55,819 nucleotides of DNA, taken from Deltaproteobacteria bacterium UBA4427 (GTDB lineage: Bacteria > Myxococcota_A > UBA9160 > UBA4427). The translations under genes and the position numbers were made by a program. The stretch covers positions 1-55,819 of the forward strand of contig CAWLAJ010000001.1 in NCBI GenBank assembly GCA_963854795.1, in the 5' to 3' direction. Under the pieces are notes generated by a model. The model was not told the origin of the DNA. It ran no database searches and saw nothing but the letters and a program-made list of their open reading frames with translations. How positions within the stretch are numbered: position 1 is the first letter of the stretch; each line of letters starts with the position of its first letter. This document shows, piece by piece, positions 1 through 7,300 of this stretch.

Positions 1-590
1 CCCGTCTCGACCGTTCGCTTGCAGGCCTCGACCAGAAGATCGGTCGTACTCGTGAGGCCGCGGCCCGCGAGCATCTCGCGGTAGCTGCCGTAAGCGATCT
101 CCGGCTTGTCACCGAGGCACATGAGCGCTTCGATACAGCCGGTCGCCACGCCACCCCGAATCGTCTCCTCGACTTCTTCGAGGCTGTAGGTATGGGCATC
201 TTCGTCGTCGGGCATTTTCGCGAAAGTGCAGTACGTACATCGATTGCGGCAGAGATTCGTGAGCGGAATGAACAGGTTTCGAGAGACCGTCACGCGATCG
301 CCGGTGCTGGCGCGTTTGATCGCGAGTGCACCTTCGCAGAGGATTTGTCGAATCTCGTCTTCCTGGAGCCGACCGGCCAGGAGGTTCGCGCGCTCGCGTT
401 CGAGCGGCTTCCCGGAAATGACCTCGGCAACCCATCGCTCGGCATCTGCCGGCGAGGCGAGGGAATCACTATGAAACTCGGCGTCCGCGCTGCTTCGCGA
501 ATCGCGAAGCGGGGAGGACGACGAGGCCAGATCGACTGTCGGCAATGGGGTCTCCAAAAGAGCCGGGGCGGGCGACGCCACGGCAATCAT
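1..590 (-). CDS. radical SAM enzyme, CofG/CofH (FO synthase) or MqnC/MqnE-like; 5' part only, gene runs off left edge
   Basis: Absent from the ORF track because there is no stop in the window. My minus-strand translation from the ATG at 588-590 (in-frame TAG just upstream) reads MIAVASP...GDRVTVSRNLFIPLTNLCRNRCTYCTFAKMPDDEDAHTYSLEEVEETIRGGVATGCIEALMCLGDKPEIAYG... It carries a CxxxCxxC radical-SAM motif in the IPLTxxCxxxCxYCxF context typical of CofG/CofH/Mqn enzymes. The frame is open to base 1. Confidence 0.6.
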   Translation of the reverse strand, partial: MIAVASPAPALLETPLPTVDLASSSSPLRDSRSSADAEFHSDSLASPADAERWVAEVISGKPLERERANLLAGRLQEDEIRQILCEGALAIKRASTGDRVTVSRNLFIPLTNLCRNRCTYCTFAKMPDDEDAHTYSLEEVEETIRGGVATGCIEALMCLGDKPEIAYGSYREMLAGRGLTSTTDLLVEACKRTVET

Positions 591-840
591 CACACAGCGG
601 TCCGGGGGCCCGCAATCGAATCGCTACGGACCACCCCGGTGTCGGACGATAAAACCCGGAAACCCCACTCGCCCCGCGGGTACGCCAAAGAATCACACAC
701 GGAATGCGACCGCCAATACGTCAAGCGGCCTCCGAAAGAAGCCGAAAAGTGCTGGGCGTTCGGGCCGTCGCCCGTCGCCCAAACACCGCTTTTCGGTCGG
801 ATTTCGCCGGCTGTCCGGCACCTCCTTCGAAAAGGATCCG

Positions 841-2526
841 ATGAACAACCCTCTGCGCAGTCTCGCCGGCCGAATCATCTTGCTGGTATTCGCCGCCACC
901 GTCGTGAGCGCGCTTTCCGTGTCGTGGATCTCCGTGCAATCGCTCGATGGGTTTCTGCGCCAGAAGGTCGACCAACGCTTTCCACAGGTGGCGAGCCGGA
1001 TCTCTCGCGAGCTCGACCAGTGGTACGCGCTGCGCACGAGGGAACTCGAAGTTTTCGCCGGGAGCAAGATCCTCTCGGATTCTCTCTCGAGCCTCGGCCG
1101 ACCGGGGCGGCGCGGAACCCGCGCGCGAAACGAGGTGGATCAATACCTGCGCTATGTGCTCGACAGTTTTCCCCAATTCGAGCGACTCGTCCTCGCAACA
1201 CCAGAGGGCCAGAGCCTACACGAGGTCGGCGATGGCGAACCACTCCCGGCCGTTCTCTTGGCCTCTCTGGTTCCGGCGATGGACACGAGCGTCATCAGTC
1301 GTGCCCGGCCAATCGGTGGCAGACTCGTCCAGATCGCATCCGTTCCGATGAAGGACGCAGACGATCGATCACTCGGGCGTCTTTTCGCGATGATCGATCT
1401 CGCCGGACTCACGTCGACTCTAGAGAGCGGGGAATTGGGCAAAACGGCCCGCGTCTTCATCATCGATGATCAGAATATCCTCTTGAATCCACCCGACGGA
1501 TTGGACGCCGGGGCCCGGTTCTCGGTCGATGGAGAGGTCGGACGCAGCGCGGATCCCTTCGTCCTCGGAGTCATGCACTACGAAAACGTAGAGGGCATTC
1601 GGGTCGTCGGGACACAAGTCGCCTTTCCGCGATTTGATTGGACGCTCGTTCTCGAACAACCTTACGATGATGCCTTTGCACCGGTGCTGTCCTCGATCGG
1701 ACGCGTTGCCGGCTTCAATCTCGCCATCGTCCTCATGGTCAGCCTGGTCGCCTCGAGGCTCGCACGATCCTTCGTCAAACCACTCGGTGAACTCTCCGCG
1801 GCGGCCAAGCGTCTCTCGGAAGGCGAGCGTGATGTCGAAATCGACGAGACGACTTTCTCCTCGGACGAAGTCAATGTACTGACGCGAACCTTCAATGAAA
1901 TGAGCCGCGGATTGTCTCGAAACGCCCTCGAACTCGAAGAAAGTAATCAAGCCGTCGAGTCTGCAAATGAACTGCTCGTTGCCAAGAACGCTGAGCTCTC
2001 GAACATGAATCTCGTCCTGGAACAACTGTCGATTACCGACGGCCTGACCAAGCTCCACAATCATCGCTATTTCCAGGAAGCCTTCGCGCGAGAATGCAAG
2101 CGGTGTGCGCGCTCGAAAGAGCCCCTTTCCCTGATTCTGATCGATATCGACTTCTTCAAGAAATGGAACGATCGACTCGGTCACGCCGGCGGCGATGAAA
2201 TCCTGCGACGTCTGGCCGAAGTCCTGAACCAGTCGGTTCGCGAAACCGACATCCTGACACGCTATGGCGGCGAAGAATTCGCCTTGATCGCGCTCAACAC
2301 GGATCTAGAGGGCGCGACGGCGCTCGGCGAAAAGGTTCGCCAAGCCGTCGAAGCAGAGAATTTCCTGACGGATGTTCCGAGCGAAAAGGAACAGTTGACG
2401 GTCAGTATCGGCGTTGCCGACTACCGCAACGATCACATGGATCTCTTTGCGAAAACGGACGCAGCGCTCTACGAGGCGAAGGACTCCGGACGAAATCGGA
2501 TCGTTGCTGCTTCTGACTCGGACTAA
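841..2526 (+). CDS. membrane-bound diguanylate cyclase (periplasmic sensor domain, HAMP, coiled coil, GGDEF)
   Basis: ATG at 841 is preceded by AAAGGA. N-terminal TM helix (IILLVFAATVVSALSV), a second TM (FNLAIVLMVSLVA) followed by a HAMP-like segment, then a coiled coil. The C-terminal GGDEF domain has an intact RYGGEEF active site and an RETD I-site five residues upstream. Confidence 0.9.
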   Translation: MNNPLRSLAGRIILLVFAATVVSALSVSWISVQSLDGFLRQKVDQRFPQVASRISRELDQWYALRTRELEVFAGSKILSDSLSSLGRPGRRGTRARNEVDQYLRYVLDSFPQFERLVLATPEGQSLHEVGDGEPLPAVLLASLVPAMDTSVISRARPIGGRLVQIASVPMKDADDRSLGRLFAMIDLAGLTSTLESGELGKTARVFIIDDQNILLNPPDGLDAGARFSVDGEVGRSADPFVLGVMHYENVEGIRVVGTQVAFPRFDWTLVLEQPYDDAFAPVLSSIGRVAGFNLAIVLMVSLVASRLARSFVKPLGELSAAAKRLSEGERDVEIDETTFSSDEVNVLTRTFNEMSRGLSRNALELEESNQAVESANELLVAKNAELSNMNLVLEQLSITDGLTKLHNHRYFQEAFARECKRCARSKEPLSLILIDIDFFKKWNDRLGHAGGDEILRRLAEVLNQSVRETDILTRYGGEEFALIALNTDLEGATALGEKVRQAVEAENFLTDVPSEKEQLTVSIGVADYRNDHMDLFAKTDAALYEAKDSGRNRIVAASDSD

Positions 2527-2573
2527 CAATAGTCAGTTCGAAAGCCTGATCGGGAACGTTCCGTCCGCGAGCA

Positions 2574-3047
2574 TCAGGGCTTCGGTGCTGCCGGACTCCC
2601 GATCTCGATTGAAGCCAGTCCACCGATCAATTTTCGATGCATCCATCCGGCAGGACCGCCACTGACTTGAACGAGTACCCACTCTCCCTCGTTGACCTGA
2701 GGGAAGACGGGGGTTCCCCGAGTGAGAACCGAGAGAACGGTTTCGTTGGTCGAAGGTCCCGCGCGAAGGTTGACACGGGCGCCACGAATGATCCGAGCAC
2801 TTCCGTCGCGCGCCACGACCTGGGCCTCGTCGAGGATCGACTCGGCAACGCGTCGCGCGCGATAGACAACAAAGAGTGCCGCGCCAAAGCGACCTTCGTC
2901 GACCTGGCGCTCCGCTTCGATGAGCTTGATTCGCGCATCCTCGATTTCGGCGTCCCGCCAAGGCGCACGCGACGCTGCGCGTTCGATCTGGATGCGTGTC
3001 GGCGCCAGCGAAGAGACGGCGTCGGCGCGGGCATGGCTACCCGCCAA
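2574..3047 (-). CDS. SH3b-domain protein (C-terminal part of an interrupted lipoprotein gene, see findings)
   Basis: Bacterial SH3-like signature ARVNLRAGPSTNETVLSVLTRGTPVFPQVNEGEWVLVQV..GWMHRKLI. The track start is a TTG and there is no signal peptide of its own. It is in the same frame as ORF 3084-3326, separated by a single TAG. Confidence 0.6.
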   Translation of the reverse strand: MAGSHARADAVSSLAPTRIQIERAASRAPWRDAEIEDARIKLIEAERQVDEGRFGAALFVVYRARRVAESILDEAQVVARDGSARIIRGARVNLRAGPSTNETVLSVLTRGTPVFPQVNEGEWVLVQVSGGPAGWMHRKLIGGLASIEIGSPAAPKP

Positions 3048-3083
3048 CCCCGACTCGGCCTCGACGAGTGCGGCCTCCGCGGT

Positions 3084-3326
3084 CTAAAGATCCGCCTGAA
3101 GTCTCGAAATCTCTTGCATCAATTGCGCAGCGCGCTCGGTCTCGGCTTCACGAAAGCGCTGCGCTTGTTCGACATTGACGCGGAGCTCATCCGATTTGGA
3201 TCTGCCGGATGACTTCGAAAAAGGATTGAAGGGCAGCTCGAGACCAGCACATCCGACCATCATGGTCGAGAGCACCAGAGCCGTGCTGATTCGAAAAAAT
3301 CCGGTTGTCTGTCGATTTTCTGGCAA
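3084..3326 (-). CDS. small lipoprotein signal peptide plus coiled-coil fragment (N-terminal part of an interrupted gene)
   Basis: Lipobox-type N-terminus FFRISTALVLSTMMVGCAG followed by a coiled-coil-like sequence. It ends at the TAG at 3084-3086, in frame with the SH3b ORF downstream. Confidence 0.5.
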   Translation of the reverse strand: MPENRQTTGFFRISTALVLSTMMVGCAGLELPFNPFSKSSGRSKSDELRVNVEQAQRFREAETERAAQLMQEISRLQADL

Positions 3327-3382
3327 GTGATTCCCCGGTAGCGCCTCGGGAATCAGGTCGGCCGACTGCCCGAACGAACTCC

Positions 3383-4384
3383 CTACCCAACCCCGCGGTT
3401 CGCTTCAGACCCCTTGGGCTGGGTTCGCCAGCGCCGATGGGTCCAGATCCACTGGCCAGGCGACTCTCGTATTTCCCTTTCGATCACGGCGGTGACCTGC
3501 TGGACATTGCGCCGTAGGATTTCTTCATCATCAGAAGCTCCGGGCGCGAGCTGGAGTGCCGGTTGAATCCGTAGGCAATGGCTGCGTCCGTCGGGCGCTC
3601 GGCGCACGAAGGCCGCCAGGACTGGAATTCCCCGCGCGGACGCGAGCGCGAGCGGCCCAGAGCGCGTGTTGGCCGGTCGGCCAAAGAAGGAGACGAAGAC
3701 GCCCTCCTCGCGGCGCGCGTCCTGATCGAGCAGGACAAGGACTTTTCGGCCTGCCTCGAGCGCACGAACGAACCGGATTCCCGCGCGTCCCATCGGGATC
3801 TGTTCGAGGGCCGGCGCGTCCGCGTCGTCGCCGCCTCGATTCGACGCAGCTCGAAGGCCGAGCATCATTTCCGTGAGTGCCGGCCGGCCGAGGTCGCGGT
3901 AGACGACGGAAATCGGAATGCCCAGTTCCGCAACTTTGGCACAAGCGATTTCCCAGTTTCCGTAGTGCGCGGTCACCATCAAGAGTCCGCCGGTCGGGCT
4001 CGCGCGCTCCGCCGCTTCGACATGCTCGAGGCCCTCGACCGAGACCCGTTCGAGCAATTCGCTTCGACGACGGCCGCGGAGGACGATCAGTTCGGCCAGA
4101 CCGCGACCAAGATGTTCGAAGACCTCTCGGGCCCAGACTTCTCTTCGCCCCGCATCTTCATCCGGCAGGGCGCGACCCAACTGCTCGCGAACGCGCACCG
4201 CCCGTGGCGCACCGATGCGATCCCAGCACCGACCGGCCAGGGCGCCCATCGCCACACTTCGATCGATCGGGATTCGCTCGAAGACGAAGGTCAAGAAGGA
4301 GGCGAGACCTAGAAGAGTTCGATCGGCCAGGGAGAGGGTACGCGGCGACAAAGGGCCCGATTCCTGATTCGCCTCATCCACCAT
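3383..4384 (-). CDS. lipid A biosynthesis lauroyl/myristoyl acyltransferase family protein (LpxL/HtrB, LABLAT)
   Basis: The HYGNWE (H-x4-E) catalytic motif, GRPANTRSGPLALA and the C-terminal PGQWIWTHRRW are typical of the family. Its start overlaps the stop of the upstream carboxylase (TGATG at 4382-4386). Confidence 0.8.
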   Translation of the reverse strand: MVDEANQESGPLSPRTLSLADRTLLGLASFLTFVFERIPIDRSVAMGALAGRCWDRIGAPRAVRVREQLGRALPDEDAGRREVWAREVFEHLGRGLAELIVLRGRRRSELLERVSVEGLEHVEAAERASPTGGLLMVTAHYGNWEIACAKVAELGIPISVVYRDLGRPALTEMMLGLRAASNRGGDDADAPALEQIPMGRAGIRFVRALEAGRKVLVLLDQDARREEGVFVSFFGRPANTRSGPLALASARGIPVLAAFVRRAPDGRSHCLRIQPALQLAPGASDDEEILRRNVQQVTAVIEREIRESPGQWIWTHRRWRTQPKGSEANRGVG

Positions 4385-7300
4385 CAGCTCGGATTGCCGC
4401 GGCGCGCCTCTTCCAGTGTCGCGATCAGGCGAGGTCGCAACTCGGCGGGTTCGAAAATCTCACTGAGCGATCCGACGTCGCGTGCCCGCTCGACCGTATG
4501 CACCGAATCGAATTCAACCGCCATGGACGCTTGTTTTTCGAGAGTTACTTCGCGCAACACGGAGTCGAGGGCGATTCGATTCAGCTCGGAAGGATCACGC
4601 CGAACGGCCTCGGTCATGTCCTTCACGCGCGGATCATCGAGCGCCTGTGCGCGAACTTCCCGAGTGAATACGACGGAGGCCGCAGGCCCGCCACCGATCA
4701 CGGAAGCATAAGAACCCGAGAGCGCGACCGCCTTCATGTTGTCGTTCAATTCCTGGGAGAACACGACATAGGCGCCACCGTGGTAACGCGAGACCACGGC
4801 GAAGTAGATCGGACCTTCGAAGTTGACCACCGATCGCGCAATCTCGGCACCATTTTCGAGCTGGATCTTTCTAAGGGATTCCGGGGAACCATCGAAACCC
4901 GAGAGATTCGCCAGTACGACGACGGGACGATTGCCGCTCGCAGCATTGATGGCCCGGGCAACCTTCTTCGACGATTGAGGAAAGAGCGTGCCCCCATTCC
5001 ACGACTCGGGACCATCGATCGGGTGGTAGCCGTCTCGAGGAACGTTCTGACTCTCGATTCCGATGAGCGAAATCGGTTGGCCACCCACATGGGCATCCCA
5101 GATGATCGCCGTCTCGGCGCCCACCCATGCGCTCCATCGTTCGAGATGACCCCCATCGACATCGATCAGCGACGCCATGACCGAGCGCATCGAGAAGGGG
5201 CGTTTTCGGCCGGGATTCGCTTCGACGTCGAAAAGTTCTCCGACCGTCGAGATTCCGTTGGAATCGCCATTCTTGAGCTGGGTGTCGCCGATCGATCGCG
5301 ATTTTTTGTCGCTGGTTGCGAACAGTCGCGGCCGCGATTCGCCTGGAACCACGTAGGTAAACTCGTAGTGCTCGTAGAGAATTCGATAGGCGTCTGCGAG
5401 GTTTCGGGCGAAATACTGTGCCTCGCCATTGGGGCCCATGATCCGTTCGAAGCCACCGATCGCGACTTCATCTTCCGCGGAGACGGCACCGGAGGCTTCG
5501 AGCGCCGCACGACCGGTGAGAACCATCGACGCGTTCTGCGTCATGATCAAAACGCCGCGCGTGTGCATCAGCATCGTTGCAAGGGCGTCGAAATAGCTCT
5601 GCGCACCCACGTTGATGCCCTGAACGATGATGTGGACGACGCCGCCCGACTGCGTGAAGGTCACGATTCGGCGAACGACACGGGCGGTCGCATCGAGATT
5701 CTCGGTGCCGCTATCCATCGCGATCCTCGCACCCGAAGAAATGGGCACCCATTCGAGTGGCACGCAAAGGGATTCTGCGAGATCGAAGGCGGCGATCATG
5801 CGGTCGCATTCGGGAGCCGACAAGGCACCCATATCCATGGTCGGATCCGAGAGGACGAGGACCCGCAGCATGCCCTCGGGCACTTTTTCAGTCGGCGTCC
5901 GAATCAGCCCGAAGACCACGGCGGATCGATTCTGCCCGTGAGGACGATCGGCGACACTCATCGCACGAGGCGCATCGCTTGCCGGATCGAGCTCGTATTC
6001 TTCGAACGTCGCGTCGGCGCCCGCACCGTCCTTCGATTCGCTCGTCAGCATCCTGACGATCTCATACGGATAGATGTGACGGCGGCGCCTCGCGGCGACG
6101 ACCTTGCGCTGATATTCCTGAGTCGGAGCCAGGACGGAGTCGTGCGGTTCTCGCCAAACGACCTCCAGCTGTTCCCCGGTATCGGTGATGATCAATTCCC
6201 AGGGCACGGCCGGCTCGTCGGGATTCTCTCGATCGAGACGATTGAGCCGGACGAGCACTTTCTCGAGACCGAGGTGTCGGGTCGCGGGCGCGAGTCGCCG
6301 GGCGATGTCGGTCGCGACGTCCGGGTCGACGAAGATCGACGGTGCGACGAAGATGGCAATCCGATTCCATTGCAGTCGTCTTCGCGGATCGTGTGTCTGT
6401 AGAATCGTTCGCAGTCGCCGTGCCGCGCGATTGAAAACACGTTCGAACGTCGCAAGATGGTGATAGAGCTCGCGACCGGGCTCCGGCGACCGATCTCGGG
6501 CATCCGCCAGGACGAAGACCCGTTCGTCGCCGGGGGCATCGTGTGCACGCCCGTGAAAAGCGTAGATGCCCTCCTCGGCGTTTAGTCGCTCCAGGTCGAA
6601 AGCCTGATAGCGCTGGAGATCAATCCTGTCGGCGGTTTCGGGATGCAGATCGTAATGTTCGACCGCGACTTCGATTTCGCCACCCCGACAAACGAGTGTC
6701 CGATAGACATCCCCTTCACCATCGGGCGTCAAGACGCCGATCGTCAAGCGCCAGGCGAATACTCTGTCGCGATAGGTATCCCGAATGGCGCCGAGCGTCG
6801 CTTCCCAATCGAATTCCTCGCCCAACGGCATCAGGTATTCGAGTGCCAGTACAGGAGTTTTCGGGTCGTGCTCGAGCAGCGACTGCGCACCTCGCATGAG
6901 CCGATCGACCCATAGGCTCGTTTGCGCGACATCGCCGGTCGCGGCAAGGACGACACCCTTTCCGCGATACTCGACGCAGTGAATCGGCTCGCCGTCGACG
7001 CGAACACGCCGAAAGGCCACGGGCGTACTTGGCGCATAACGTCGCTGAACATGAGCGGCTAGCGCGATCGCCCGGCGATTCGTATCCGAACCACCGATCC
7101 AACGACCGACCCGCTCGAAGACGAGGCGCGGCGACGAAGCGACTTCCAGAAGCACACCGGTGGGCGGTGCGATCAAATCGACCTCGGCGGCGGCCAGCCA
7201 CTCTTCCACCGTGCCAGATGATCGTTTCGCACGTTCTTCGATGCCCGGCTGCTGGAATACGACGTATGCCGATTCGAGTGCGGCGTCGGCGACCGCGTCC

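Noticed and set aside
192-1469. 425-aa plus-strand ORF spanning the left end and the start of the diguanylate cyclase
   Set aside because: It has Arg/Gly/Pro-rich junk composition. It overlaps the antisense of the CofG-like gene and is out of frame with the clearly real GGDEF gene. This is a typical high-GC shadow ORF.
3877-6402. 841-aa plus-strand ORF, plus others such as 7513-8409 and 9070-9597
   Set aside because: They are antisense to the 1873-aa carboxylase, which has unambiguous BC/BCCP/CT motifs. No motifs are present and the composition is low-complexity.
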